Below are positions 50,136-60,112 of a stretch of DNA of 64,000 nucleotides, one piece after another (position 1 is the first letter of the stretch; every line of letters starts with the position of its first letter). Both the position numbers and the translations under genes were made by a program. The notes beneath the pieces are model-generated. The model had not been told where the DNA came from. It was given only the letters and a program-made list of their open reading frames with translations, and did not search any database. Source of the DNA: Syntrophorhabdaceae bacterium (GTDB lineage Bacteria > Desulfobacterota > Syntrophorhabdia > Syntrophorhabdales > Syntrophorhabdaceae). The stretch spans positions 128,001-192,000 of the forward strand of contig CAXXUO010000009.1 of the NCBI GenBank assembly GCA_963666485.2, read 5' to 3'.

Positions 50136-50465
50136 ATGGAGAACATCACATTCGATGATTTCATCAAGATCGACCTCAGGGTTGCCGAGATCAAGGCCTG
50201 CGAGGATATCGAAGGAGCAGACAAGCTGTATAAACTGACGATTGACGCAGGCGAAGAGAGGACGATCGCGGCGGGGATCAAGCAGTATTACTCAAAAGAA
50301 GAACTGATCGGAAAAAAGATCGCCATTGTGGCCAACCTGGAGCCACGCAAATTACGGGGGGTCATGTCGCACGGCATGCTCCTCGCGGCTTCGACGGATG
50401 ACCGGTCCTCGATCGTGCTTCTCACCCTCGACAAAGACATCCCGAACGGAAGCAAGATCTCGTAA
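50136..50465 (+). CDS. Stand-alone tRNA-binding OB-fold protein (MetG C-terminal/Trbp111/CsaA-like)
   Basis: ITFDDFIKIDLRVA, ADKL, VANLEPRKLRG, SHGMLLAA. Confidence 0.9.
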   Translation: MENITFDDFIKIDLRVAEIKACEDIEGADKLYKLTIDAGEERTIAAGIKQYYSKEELIGKKIAIVANLEPRKLRGVMSHGMLLAASTDDRSSIVLLTLDKDIPNGSKIS

Positions 50466-50471
50466 GCAGGG

Positions 50472-52091
50472 ATGACCCCGTACATATTCCTTTTCCTGGC
50501 AGGCCTCGCCCTCTTTCTCCTGGGCATGGTGAAGCTCAGCGAACAGATGCAGCGCGTGTTCAGCTCGCGCATCCGGGAATATATCCGCATTTCGGTCAGG
50601 AAACCTTTTTACGGCCTCATCATGGGGCTTGTCACAACGATATTCTTCCAGAGCTCCTCTGCCGCAACATTGCTGACAATGGGACTTGTCAGCGCGGGGC
50701 TCGTCAGCTTTTACCATTCCCTCGGCATAATCCTCGGCGCCGATATCGGCACGACACTCACCATACAGCTCGTCGTCTGGAAGGTGACGGATATATCTCC
50801 CGTGCTTCTCATCGCCGGCATCGGCCTCTATTTCACGGGGAAAGATCGCCTGAAGACGATCGGCGAAGCGCTGCTTTATTTTGGGACGATCTTCTACGGA
50901 TTGAGCCTCATCGGGCAGGCATCCGCTCCCCTCAAAGACAGCCCGGCCTTTGTGTCCTATTTCCTCTCGGCACATCACCCGATAATAGGATTTTTGATAG
51001 GCCTTGTCTTCACCGCGATCGTCCACGCCTCGGCGATTCCCATCAGCATGCTTGTCATGCTCGGGATACAGGGGCTGATATCGATCGACAATGCCCTGCC
51101 GATCGTTATCGGTGCGAACGTCGGCACCACCGTCACCGCCCTTATGGGCTCGATAGCCAGCGACATAAACGGGAAAAGGACGGCCCTTGCCCACCTCATA
51201 TTCAAATGCTCCGGGGCCCTGGTATCGATGCTCCTTCTTGCGCAGTTCATAGGCCTTCTCAAGGCCGCCTCGCCCAATATCGCGCAGCAGGTCGCATTCG
51301 GCCATTTCATCTTCAACTTCGTCATTGTCGTGATCTTCATCTGGGTCCTGAGACCGTTCTCACAACTCGTTCTCCGGATACTCCCCGGCGAGCAGGAGGT
51401 CATACCCCTGTGGCCGGAATACCTGCAGACCCGGTACCTGGCCGAACCGCGCAAGGCGCTCGTATGCGTCAGGAACGAACTCAAGCGGCAGATCGTCCTG
51501 TCAGAAAAGATGTGCCGTACAGCGCTCGAGCAGTACATCACGTTCAAGACGGTCAAGCAGCGCAACGTCATGTACATGGAACTTGTCATGGACAATCTCC
51601 AGGCCGAGATCACGAAATATCTCTGGGGCATATCCTGCGGGGCATTGTCCGAACCCCTGACCCGGCAGCTCTTTGCGTATTCGTCCTTTGCCTGCGACAT
51701 CGAAAGGATAGGCGACCGGTCGGTCAATCTTGCCGAACTGGCGGAACAGAAAACGCGCAGGAAGGGACATTTTACCCCCGCCGCCAATGAGGAGCTCCGT
51801 ACGATAGGGACCCTGGTGCTCGAGAACCTGAATGATGCAATAAAGCTCATAGATGAGAAAAATATCGATGTCATCCGCGTTATCATGGAGCGCGAACGCA
51901 GGATAGACGTTAAAATAAAAAATGCGATAGGGGCCCACCTTGAAAGGTTTTACAAGAAAATGTGCGTTGCCGAGGCGGGCCCTATATATGTCGACGTGCT
52001 CGTCAATCTCGAGAGGATATCCGACCACTGCAGGCTGATCGCCCAGCTCACAAACGAATTGGAAGAAAATTTGCTCGACGATAAGCAATAG
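50472..52091 (+). CDS. Na/Pi cotransporter family protein with PhoU-like C-terminal domains
   Basis: FQSSSA, GADIGTT, GANVGTT, DIERIGD, NLERISDH. Confidence 0.92.
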   Translation: MTPYIFLFLAGLALFLLGMVKLSEQMQRVFSSRIREYIRISVRKPFYGLIMGLVTTIFFQSSSAATLLTMGLVSAGLVSFYHSLGIILGADIGTTLTIQLVVWKVTDISPVLLIAGIGLYFTGKDRLKTIGEALLYFGTIFYGLSLIGQASAPLKDSPAFVSYFLSAHHPIIGFLIGLVFTAIVHASAIPISMLVMLGIQGLISIDNALPIVIGANVGTTVTALMGSIASDINGKRTALAHLIFKCSGALVSMLLLAQFIGLLKAASPNIAQQVAFGHFIFNFVIVVIFIWVLRPFSQLVLRILPGEQEVIPLWPEYLQTRYLAEPRKALVCVRNELKRQIVLSEKMCRTALEQYITFKTVKQRNVMYMELVMDNLQAEITKYLWGISCGALSEPLTRQLFAYSSFACDIERIGDRSVNLAELAEQKTRRKGHFTPAANEELRTIGTLVLENLNDAIKLIDEKNIDVIRVIMERERRIDVKIKNAIGAHLERFYKKMCVAEAGPIYVDVLVNLERISDHCRLIAQLTNELEENLLDDKQ

Positions 52092-52165
52092 GCTACGGGC
52101 GATAGGCGATGAGATCGCTAAAAAAGAAGTGTTCCTATAGCCCATTGCCTATCGCCTATCGCCCC
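52084..52165. repeat. Inverted heptamer element, GGCGATR family
   Basis: GCAATAGGCTACGGGCGATAGGCGAT ... CCTATAGCCCATTGCCTATCGCCTATCGCCC. Confidence 0.88.
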
Positions 52166-52202
52166 GTTTCTTTGTTATAATACCTTAATAAGGAGGATAC
52201 CC

Positions 52203-52406
52203 ATGGCTGAAGCTAAAATTAAAATAGACGGCATGAGCTGCCAGCATTGCGTTCAGGCGGTCAAGAAAGCACTGTGTGAAGTTACGGGCGTGGATTCGAC
52301 CGACGTCGAGATCGGCAGCGCGACCGTGCGCTATGACAATGCGAAAGCGACACAGAAAGACCTCGAGGCTGCCGTCGAAAAGGCCGGCTTTTCCGTCAGG
52401 TCGTAA
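52203..52406 (+). CDS. copZ: Heavy-metal-associated (HMA) chaperone, CopZ-like
   Basis: GMSCQHC, 67 aa, AGF near the C-terminus; SD AAGGAGG. Confidence 0.88.
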   Translation: MAEAKIKIDGMSCQHCVQAVKKALCEVTGVDSTDVEIGSATVRYDNAKATQKDLEAAVEKAGFSVRS

Positions 52407-52425
52407 AAACACGTAAACCGAAAAT

Positions 52426-53496
52426 ATGGACGGACTGGTAAACGCGATCAAGAACGCCCGGGAAACCGAAAAAAAGGTCGAGTATTATTTCGCCATGTCG
52501 GCCGACGAGAAGCATGAACTGCTTGCGGACCTGGCAAAAGAGAAAGGTGAGGATATCGGCATTTTCCTGAATGCCATCTACCCGGACGAGCCGGACAAGA
52601 ATATCCGCAAGCTGATCCGCAAGACTATCTTCCGGCTGAGATCGTCGGGTGTCAGGGTCGACGAACCGGGACAGGAGGGGCAAAGCGCCCTGCACAAGAT
52701 CGAAGAGGCTCGCGATAACCGGGCATACCTGACGAATTTCGATCACGCGCAATCGCGCATGATCATGGCGGCATATGAGGTAAAGAGAAATATGTTCGTC
52801 TTCCTCAACGGGGAGATCCATTTTGAGGAGGGCCTCAGGGAACTCATGAGCACGCCTCTCGACAGGAAGAACCTGGACATGCTCTTCAATGCCTACCTGG
52901 ATAACACAGAAGAGCCCGCATACATGGTGGGGATATCCCCGGTGTATGCGGCCTATATCGTCGAGGAGTCCTCGAAGATGTCCGGCCGCTTCTCGGATGC
53001 GGTCCAATCGATCAAAACATTTGTCGCCCACATAAAGGACCCGGTCGGGCAGCCCGGACATATATACGCCCTGCCTGTCGAAAAGAACACACCCGCACCG
53101 GGCATTCAGGACATTGTGAGCCATCCCATTTTTACCCCGTTCACCCTCACGTGGGAGGATATCGGCCGGGACCGTGATGAATTCAATGCGCAGGGCACGT
53201 CAGGGATCGTCCTTCCCCCGCACATGATCGAAGAAAAGAAGACGTCCTTTATCGAAGCGCTCCTTGCCAAAAATGCCATTAGTTCCCAGATCCCGCGCCT
53301 CAAAAGGATGCTCGAGGACTATGCCTATCTCCTGTACAAAACAGGTGACCATGCGCGGTATAGCGGCATCATCTCCGCCCTTAAAACGGACGAGGGCTTT
53401 CGTCGGATCGTCATATATTTTGTCAGGAAAAGCCTGGAAATGACCGACGAGAAAAAACCCTCCGGGCCGGGTCTCATAGTGAACCCGTATGGCTAG
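52426..53496 (+). CDS. Hypothetical protein
   Basis: 356-aa ORF with normal coding pattern, overlapping the rlmE start; no motif recognised. Confidence 0.8.
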   Translation: MDGLVNAIKNARETEKKVEYYFAMSADEKHELLADLAKEKGEDIGIFLNAIYPDEPDKNIRKLIRKTIFRLRSSGVRVDEPGQEGQSALHKIEEARDNRAYLTNFDHAQSRMIMAAYEVKRNMFVFLNGEIHFEEGLRELMSTPLDRKNLDMLFNAYLDNTEEPAYMVGISPVYAAYIVEESSKMSGRFSDAVQSIKTFVAHIKDPVGQPGHIYALPVEKNTPAPGIQDIVSHPIFTPFTLTWEDIGRDRDEFNAQGTSGIVLPPHMIEEKKTSFIEALLAKNAISSQIPRLKRMLEDYAYLLYKTGDHARYSGIISALKTDEGFRRIVIYFVRKSLEMTDEKKPSGPGLIVNPYG

Positions 53497-54100
53497 ATTC
53501 GTACTCAAGGACCCGTTCTACAAAAAAGCGAAAGATGAAGGCTACCGCGCCCGCAGTGTCTACAAGCTCAAAGATATAGATGCGAAATACCATCTCGTCA
53601 GGAAGGGCGACATCGTCCTTGACCTCGGCTGTTCACCCGGAAGCTTCCTCCAGGTCCTGTCGGACATGGTGGGGGAAAAGGGAACCGTGATCGGCATCGA
53701 CATTCTCCCCACCCCCGCCCTGCCCCGGAAGAACGTCAAGACATTGCAGGCGGATATACGGGAAGTTGACATAGAAAAATTACTCAATGAAAATGGCTTA
53801 GCTCAGGCAGATGTCGTCACCTGTGACATAGCACCCAACCTGTCCGGCATCAGGGAGGTCGATGACGCGCGGATCGAAGAGCTTTTCCGCTGTGTTCTCG
53901 ATCTTGTTGCAAAGGCCCTGAAACCCGGGGGCAACTTCATCGTCAAATCATTTTCGACAACGGTTCAAAAAGACATCACCGAAGCCCTGAAGCGGGGTTT
54001 CGGCAAGGTCACCCCGTACAAACCCCCCGCATCGCGTGCAGTCAGTTCGGAAATTTTCTTCGTTTGTATGGGAAAAAAGGCGATAGGCGATAGGCGATAG
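53489..54100 (+). CDS. rlmE: 23S rRNA Um2552 methyltransferase
   Basis: GYRARSVYKL, VLDLGCSPGS, CDIAPN, KPPASR..SSE. Confidence 0.93.
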   Translation: MARFVLKDPFYKKAKDEGYRARSVYKLKDIDAKYHLVRKGDIVLDLGCSPGSFLQVLSDMVGEKGTVIGIDILPTPALPRKNVKTLQADIREVDIEKLLNENGLAQADVVTCDIAPNLSGIREVDDARIEELFRCVLDLVAKALKPGGNFIVKSFSTTVQKDITEALKRGFGKVTPYKPPASRAVSSEIFFVCMGKKAIGDRR

Positions 54101-54180
54101 GCGATAGGAAAACTACCACGCTTTATACCCATATCGGGAACCGGTTCGCCGTTAGCCGTTCGCCGTTAGCCGTTCGCCCA
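54078..54180. repeat. Hybrid heptamer element: (AGGCGAT)4 left arm, (CCGTTMG)n right arm, each overlapping a gene 3' end
   Basis: GGCGATAGGCGATAGGCGATAGGCGATAGG ... TTCGCCGTTAGCCGTTCGCCGTTAGCCGTTCGCCC. Confidence 0.85.
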
Positions 54181-56338
54181 AGATCTCTTTTAACTTCACA
54201 TAATCCGGCTTGCCCGTTCCCAGCTTCGGCATCTCTTTCATGTAAACGATCTCCCGCGGATGGGTGAGGTCGGAGAGGCCTTTTGCTCGGAGAAGATCGC
54301 GCGCTTTCTTGAGATCGGCGTCCCTGCCGTTGGTAACGAGAATGAGTTTTTCACCTTTTCTTTCATCCGCTACCGCCACGACGGCAATCTCTTTCGTCGG
54401 GCCAAACACGCCTGACAGCGCCTCTTCGATGGCTGTCAAGGAGACCATCTCGCCGCTTATCTTCGAGAACCTCTTCAACCTTCCGATTATCGTCACAAAA
54501 CCGCCCTCATCGATGTCGACGATGTCGCCGGTATCATACCAGCCGCCATCTTCGACGAGAAATTTCCGGTTTGCCGCCTCGTTCTTCAAATATCCCGTCA
54601 TGACATTGAGGCCCTTGACATAAAGCCTCCCCACGCGGCCGCCCTTCGGGTCTATTCCGGCCACCGGTTCAAGTTTGTATTCTATGCCGGGCAGGACCTT
54701 CCCGACCGTGCCGTGCTTGTTCTCGATGGCGCTGTTCATACAGATTATCGGGGCACATTCCGTCGCCCCGTAGCCGGACATGACGCGGATGCCGAAGACC
54801 CTGGCGTAGCGCTCGAACACGGCCTCACTCAAGGCTTCCGCCCCGCAGAAAATGTATCGCATGCTGTAAAAATCATAGGGATGGGCCTTGCGGGAATACC
54901 CGTTGAGGAATATGTTCGTCCCCATAAGAATGGTGCACCCCTCTTCGTATGCGATCTCGGGAACGATCCGGTAATGCAGGGGGCTGATGTACAGGAAAGA
55001 GCGGCACCCGGCAAAAAGCGGCAGGAAAACCCCGATGGTAAGCCCGAAGCTGTGAAAGACCGGAAGCGCATTCAGGAGATAATCCCGGGGCCCGACATCG
55101 ATCCTTGAGAGGGCCTGCCAGATGTTCGCGATAATATTCTCATGCGAGAGACACACCCCCTTCGGGACACCTTCCGAACCCGATGTGAAGAGAATCACCG
55201 CATTCTTTTTCTCTTCTCCCGGCAGGGCTTTCGCTGATTTCCCCGGGAACATGCTGCGGAAAAAACCCCGCACCTTATCACCGAAATGCACTGTGCTGCG
55301 CACGTCTTCCAGATAGACGACGTCCCTGCCCTCCAATGCCGCCGGGCCCATCTTTATCCGCTCCATGAAGGCCCGGGAGGTGACCACAAGCCCGACGTCC
55401 GCTATGTCGAGTGCATGCCGCAAGGATGTCTCGCCGCCCGAATAATTGAGCATGACGGGAACCTTCCGGTGCATGAGAAGGCCAAATATGATCAATGCGG
55501 TCGCGCAGAGGTTTGGCAAAAGAACGCCGACATTCGCGCTGTCATGGACCGCCAGCTTCCTTCCGAGGACCCAGGCGCCCATGAGTGCCCTGCGATGGCT
55601 CACCTCGGTCCCCGTCGCATCCTTGTACAGGATCGCCCCGCCCCGTTCGCCGCACAGCCTGACGAACTGAGCGTTGAGCGTTGACGCATGGTAGTGCGCC
55701 TTGTAGAACATTTCGCAGAGCATACCGTAAATAACATGCGCCGCCTCTTTCTTCCTGTCGTGCGGCTGGATATGATCGAGGCCCATGGCCGGCCGGACCC
55801 CCCCGATCGTGATCGTGACGGGCGCAAACAATCTCCGGCCCGGATGCTTCTTGGCAAAGATCGTGTTGTACGTGTTCCCCAGGTGTACGGGAAGTATCGA
55901 TGCGCCCGTCTTATACGCGACGAAACCGGCGCCCTCATATATCTTCATCAGGCTGCCCGTTTTTGTGATGCGTCCTTCCGGGAAGACAAGGAGCGCCGTC
56001 CCCCGGTTCACCTCATCGATGATCCCTTTGAGGGAGTACGGATTGAGCGTGTCGATCTGCACGGTATACCTGTTCTGCATGAAAGGCCGGAGCAGAATTT
56101 CCCGGGCCCGCCCCCGGTTGACGAGGATCTTGAGGTCGAGTTCGAGGTACGTCCAGAGCAATATGCCGTCGAGAAGGCTCGCGTGGTTCGAGACGATGAT
56201 AAGCCGGTCATATTCACGCGGTATATTTTCGAGCCCCTTTACTTTTACCCTGTGGCACGCAATAAAGTACGCCTTGAATATACAGCGGAGTGTCTCTTCG
56301 AAAAATGCACGCAGGAAACTTCGTTTCGCCTTTATCAT
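54152..56338 (-). CDS. aas: Aas-like bifunctional acyltransferase / acyl-ACP synthetase
   Basis: NHASLLD and FPEGR (PlsC), FTSGSEGVPKG, YGATE, YDTGD, GRLKRFSKISGE. Confidence 0.85.
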   Translation of the reverse strand: MIKAKRSFLRAFFEETLRCIFKAYFIACHRVKVKGLENIPREYDRLIIVSNHASLLDGILLWTYLELDLKILVNRGRAREILLRPFMQNRYTVQIDTLNPYSLKGIIDEVNRGTALLVFPEGRITKTGSLMKIYEGAGFVAYKTGASILPVHLGNTYNTIFAKKHPGRRLFAPVTITIGGVRPAMGLDHIQPHDRKKEAAHVIYGMLCEMFYKAHYHASTLNAQFVRLCGERGGAILYKDATGTEVSHRRALMGAWVLGRKLAVHDSANVGVLLPNLCATALIIFGLLMHRKVPVMLNYSGGETSLRHALDIADVGLVVTSRAFMERIKMGPAALEGRDVVYLEDVRSTVHFGDKVRGFFRSMFPGKSAKALPGEEKKNAVILFTSGSEGVPKGVCLSHENIIANIWQALSRIDVGPRDYLLNALPVFHSFGLTIGVFLPLFAGCRSFLYISPLHYRIVPEIAYEEGCTILMGTNIFLNGYSRKAHPYDFYSMRYIFCGAEALSEAVFERYARVFGIRVMSGYGATECAPIICMNSAIENKHGTVGKVLPGIEYKLEPVAGIDPKGGRVGRLYVKGLNVMTGYLKNEAANRKFLVEDGGWYDTGDIVDIDEGGFVTIIGRLKRFSKISGEMVSLTAIEEALSGVFGPTKEIAVVAVADERKGEKLILVTNGRDADLKKARDLLRAKGLSDLTHPREIVYMKEMPKLGTGKPDYVKLKEILGERLTANG

Positions 56339-56826
56339 TTATTCCGTCCGCTGGCCATCATTCGCGCTACATTCCTTCGCACCGCCTCGAGCACCTTAAC
56401 CAGGCCCTCGAGCTCCTTTCCGGGTATTCCCTCCATGAGACGGTGCACCCCGTCGAGATACCCGGGTTCCAGTGAATCCGCCATCCTCTCACCTTCCCGT
56501 GTCATCGCAACCATATGGACCCTCCTGTCTCCCGGATGAGGCCGCCTGACGACAAGGCCGGCTTTCTCGAGCCGGTCTATTATGCCCGTCATGTCCGCCT
56601 TGTTCACGACAAGGCGCCGCCCGAGCACGGACTGCGAAAGTTTTTTCCCGCTCGCGTACTTGAGCTGTACCAGGACATTGAACTGGGCGTCGGTAAGCCC
56701 GGTGCCCTGAAAGTACCTGAAGGACGCGCGCGAGATCATTGTGCCCGTGTAGATAATGCTGAGCAGGCATTCGTGTTCGACCGTCTGGATGGGCTTGTCA
56801 AGCCCAAGCTCTTCAGCAAGGCTCAT
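56335..56826 (-). CDS. MarR family transcriptional regulator
   Basis: LTDAQFNVL, IIDRLEKAGLV, DRR; overlaps the aas start. Confidence 0.9.
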   Translation of the reverse strand: MSLAEELGLDKPIQTVEHECLLSIIYTGTMISRASFRYFQGTGLTDAQFNVLVQLKYASGKKLSQSVLGRRLVVNKADMTGIIDRLEKAGLVVRRPHPGDRRVHMVAMTREGERMADSLEPGYLDGVHRLMEGIPGKELEGLVKVLEAVRRNVARMMASGRNK

Positions 56827-56838
56827 GGACACCTCGAT

Positions 56839-56858
56839 ATGGTTTATATATGAACTAT
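56839..56858. promoter_or_regulatory. Imperfect palindrome upstream of marR (possible autoregulatory operator)
   Basis: ATGGTTTATATATGAACTAT, 16/20 self-complementary. Confidence 0.45.
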
Positions 56859-56970
56859 CAAGATGTATACGACACTTTTTCGGTCATGTCAAGACGGACG
56901 ATGCCCGTTCACCAGCAACTGCCCTTAAGTCCATGATCCATCTTCCGATATACTTTAAGGTGAGACCTTT

Positions 56971-57153
56971 ATGATAGACGCCATATCTTCCCTTATGACC
57001 TGTGTGATGACCAGAAATGACACTGCGATGGCGCTGGCGAAAAGCCGGATCGAAGCGGAAAAGGCCATGGCCGAGGTCATAATGAGAGCGGCCGAGAACA
57101 TAGAGAAAATGACGCCGGACCATATCGGGTCGAATATCGATATTTCCATCTGA
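56971..57153 (+). CDS. Small YjfB-like protein
   Basis: 60 aa, helical, ends HIGSNIDISI like YjfB-family proteins; SD AAGGTG. Confidence 0.55.
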   Translation: MIDAISSLMTCVMTRNDTAMALAKSRIEAEKAMAEVIMRAAENIEKMTPDHIGSNIDISI

Positions 57154-57252
57154 ACCTGCCGGGCATCTTTCTTACATATCCGGAACCTGCTATAATCTAC
57201 CGTTGTGATCGCTTGAAAAGCGCGGTTTGTGCTGACGAGGAGGTTACCCGGG

Positions 57253-59004
57253 ATGACAGCTGACATAACATTCAAGAGTGGCAGGAGGACGCCGACCCAT
57301 GTGAGGCTCCTCAAGGAGCGCTGCGTAAAAGCCGGTCTGAGTGACCGGTACGCCAGCCTGAAGTGGGAACAGTGGGGCAGGATGCGCTCACTGTCGGTCC
57401 TGCGGGCCGTTAAGAACAATCGCATCGCGGGCTGGATATTTTACGACAAAAAGACAAGCACGATCGAAGAGATCTTCGTCAATCCGGGGTGGAAAGGCAA
57501 AGACCCGCGAGAGATGATGATCGATGCTCTCATCAGTCGTGAAAGCCTCGTTGCGGCTTCCGTCCTCGAGGGTGATGCAGACAAATACCGGTTCCTGCTC
57601 GGGTACGGCTTCCGGCCGGCCATGACGGGAAAGATCGATGGGTTCACGGTCATAAAAATGGAATTGAGCACGGCAGTGCTGCTCGAAAAAACCTCTGCCG
57701 GAAAGCCTTTCACCCCTTACCGCAAAAGAGAACGCGTCGCACTGGAGAAAATACCTTCCACGCAAACATACGATGAGATAAAACAGGGTATTTCGGATCT
57801 TATCGGGAAGCTCGGGGGCTTGAAAAAATTTGTAAAGCCGGGGCAGACCGTGGCGATAAAACCCAACATTGTCGCCGACCACGGGCTCAAAGACGGCAGG
57901 GTTGTCGGCGGCGTCGTAACGGATATTCGTGTCGTAAAGGCACTCACGGAATTGCTCCTCGGCACTGCATCCCATGTCTACATCACGGAAGGGTCATCGA
58001 TAAACCGCAGTGAAACGAGCAAGATGTTCGCCCACTACGGTTACGATGACGTCGTCGGCCTTGACCCGCAGAGGGTGACGCTCGTTGACCTCAACAACGA
58101 CAGGGTGATCAACAAACACGTGCCCGGCGCAAAGCGGGTGGCCTCGCGAATGGTCCCCGCAACCCTGGAGATGGTGGACGTTATCATAAACGTACCCGTG
58201 CTCAAGATCCACTTTGCCGCGGTCGTGTCCTTAAGCATCAAGAACCTCCAGGGCGCGATGCCGCCCCTCGAGAAATACATGTCTCATTTCTTCGGGCTGT
58301 GGCAGAACCTCGTGAACATCCACCACCTCATTAAACCGAAATTGACGATCATCGACGGGCTCACGGGCCTCGAGGATTTCGGCCCCATCTCCGGTACCCC
58401 GAAAAAGACCAACCTTCTCATCGGCGGGACGAACCCCGTCGCCGTCGACGCGGTCGCCATGCGAACCATGGGGCTCGACCCGAAGTCGTCGCCCCCCGTC
58501 TTTCTTGCCTGGATGCAAGGATTGGGACCTCTCGAGACAAACAAGATCGATGTTGTCGGGGCATCCATCGAGGATGTGGCGCAGCAGTTCGTTCAGCCGG
58601 CCATTGACTTGAGCGGCGGGTCTTCACTGAGGATACACGCGGACAGGGCATGCCCCGGCTGCAAGGGATACCTGCATTTCGTCCTGTCGAAGCTTCGCAA
58701 ACCGGACCCTGCCGACCCGTCCCGCCACATCATCGACAGGCCCTTCAATAGGCCGGTCAACATCTTCCTCGGCCCCATGGACGGGCAGGAGATACGGACC
58801 GATGAGGTCAACGTTTTTCTCGGCCTGTGCCAGCAGAGCAACGCGGCGGCAGGGACCCATCTGCCCGGCTGCCCGCCGCACGCCGAGGTACTGACGACCG
58901 GCATTTTCGACCTGTTTCCCGATATCGAGCGCCCCAAGTACGCCGATGAAACGGAAGAATCGAAGCTGGGGAAAATGTTGGAAGAAATACTGAAAAAACG
59001 GTAA
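57253..59004 (+). CDS. DUF362 domain protein with N-terminal GNAT-like region and C-terminal Cys motifs
   Basis: VAIKPN, INVPVLKIH, LSIKN, IIDG, NPVAVDAV; CPGC, GLC, PGCPP. Confidence 0.82.
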   Translation: MTADITFKSGRRTPTHVRLLKERCVKAGLSDRYASLKWEQWGRMRSLSVLRAVKNNRIAGWIFYDKKTSTIEEIFVNPGWKGKDPREMMIDALISRESLVAASVLEGDADKYRFLLGYGFRPAMTGKIDGFTVIKMELSTAVLLEKTSAGKPFTPYRKRERVALEKIPSTQTYDEIKQGISDLIGKLGGLKKFVKPGQTVAIKPNIVADHGLKDGRVVGGVVTDIRVVKALTELLLGTASHVYITEGSSINRSETSKMFAHYGYDDVVGLDPQRVTLVDLNNDRVINKHVPGAKRVASRMVPATLEMVDVIINVPVLKIHFAAVVSLSIKNLQGAMPPLEKYMSHFFGLWQNLVNIHHLIKPKLTIIDGLTGLEDFGPISGTPKKTNLLIGGTNPVAVDAVAMRTMGLDPKSSPPVFLAWMQGLGPLETNKIDVVGASIEDVAQQFVQPAIDLSGGSSLRIHADRACPGCKGYLHFVLSKLRKPDPADPSRHIIDRPFNRPVNIFLGPMDGQEIRTDEVNVFLGLCQQSNAAAGTHLPGCPPHAEVLTTGIFDLFPDIERPKYADETEESKLGKMLEEILKKR

Positions 59005-59230
59005 AAATGGTTCAAGGTTCAAGGTTCAAAGTAAAAGACTAAATACCTTAGAAGATTGGGGATGGTTCAAGGTTCAAGGTTCAAGGTTCAAAGTAAAAGA
59101 CTAAATACCTTAGAAGATTGGGGATGGTTCAAGGTTCAAGGTTCAAGGTTCAAAGTAAAAGACTAAATAGCTTAGAAGCTTGGGGCGTTTCTAACATTGA
59201 ACCTTGAACTTTGAACTTTGAACCATTTTT
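59005..59230. repeat. (R)GTTCAA inverted element whose left arm plus spacer is tandemly triplicated
   Basis: Units start at 59007, 59062 and 59124; one right arm (TTGAACY)4 at 59197-59224. Confidence 0.92.
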
Positions 59231-59967
59231 TACGCCCCCCATCCCCCGGAAACCTTGATCTCCGTTGCCGTAATATACGATGCGTCTTCCGATGCCAGGA
59301 AAGCAACCACTCTCGCAACCTCTTCGGGCTCGCCTATCCTTCCCAGGATGCTCTCGGCGATAATGGGGTCCCGGTATTTTTCCGGCATCCTCATGATGGG
59401 CGGGGTCCTGATCATGCCCGGAACGATCGCGTTCACCGTGACACCGTCCCTGCCGCCTTCACGCGCGAGGGTTTTCGTAAGGCCCAGCACCCCGGCCTTG
59501 GCAGCGGCATATGCCACCTCTCCCTTGGCCCCCATGAGCCCGTAGATCGAACTGATATTGACGATGCGCCCCCACTTGTTGGCGCGCATCTGCGGCAGGA
59601 GCAGCTTCGACAGCAGAAAAGGTACACCGAGGTGGATCGACAGGACAGCATTGTAATCGTTCTTGTCTATCTTCGCCGTTATACCGGGCCGGTCAAAGCC
59701 CGCATTATTGACGAGTATGTCGACCCTGGTCATGGCGAGGATCTCTTCGATCACCTTGACGAGGGGCTGCGTGCGCGTGAGGTCGATGATCCTGTGATCG
59801 ACCTCGGCCCCGGAAGCTTTCAGCTCGCGCACAACGTGCGGAAGTGTTTTCCTGTTCTTGTCGAGGAGGATAAGGCGCGCTCCCTGCCCGGCGAAAACCT
59901 CGGCACACGCCCTCCCGATGCCCTGCCCTGCCCCCGTGATCAACGCAGTCCTGTTCTTCAGGCTCAT
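59230..59967 (-). CDS. SDR family oxidoreductase (FabG-like)
   Basis: TGAGQGIG, VNNAG, NISS, YAAAK, VPG; start ATG 59967. Confidence 0.92.
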   Translation of the reverse strand: MSLKNRTALITGAGQGIGRACAEVFAGQGARLILLDKNRKTLPHVVRELKASGAEVDHRIIDLTRTQPLVKVIEEILAMTRVDILVNNAGFDRPGITAKIDKNDYNAVLSIHLGVPFLLSKLLLPQMRANKWGRIVNISSIYGLMGAKGEVAYAAAKAGVLGLTKTLAREGGRDGVTVNAIVPGMIRTPPIMRMPEKYRDPIIAESILGRIGEPEEVARVVAFLASEDASYITATEIKVSGGWGA

Positions 59968-60112
59968 TTCGTCACCCTTGATCTGCAGATTTTGTAAAAC
60001 CATCGTATTTTACCGTATCACAGGAACAGGTTACAGAAAAATGTCAAAATACTTGATTTCTTCATCGCTTTCCTTTATTTCCTATAGCAAGATCACGTGA
60101 GGTAAGAAACAG

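Noticed and set aside
59005..59190. Repeat-spacer pattern resembling a CRISPR array
   Set aside because: The spacers are nearly identical, the repeats are heptamer runs of variable length, and there are no cas genes
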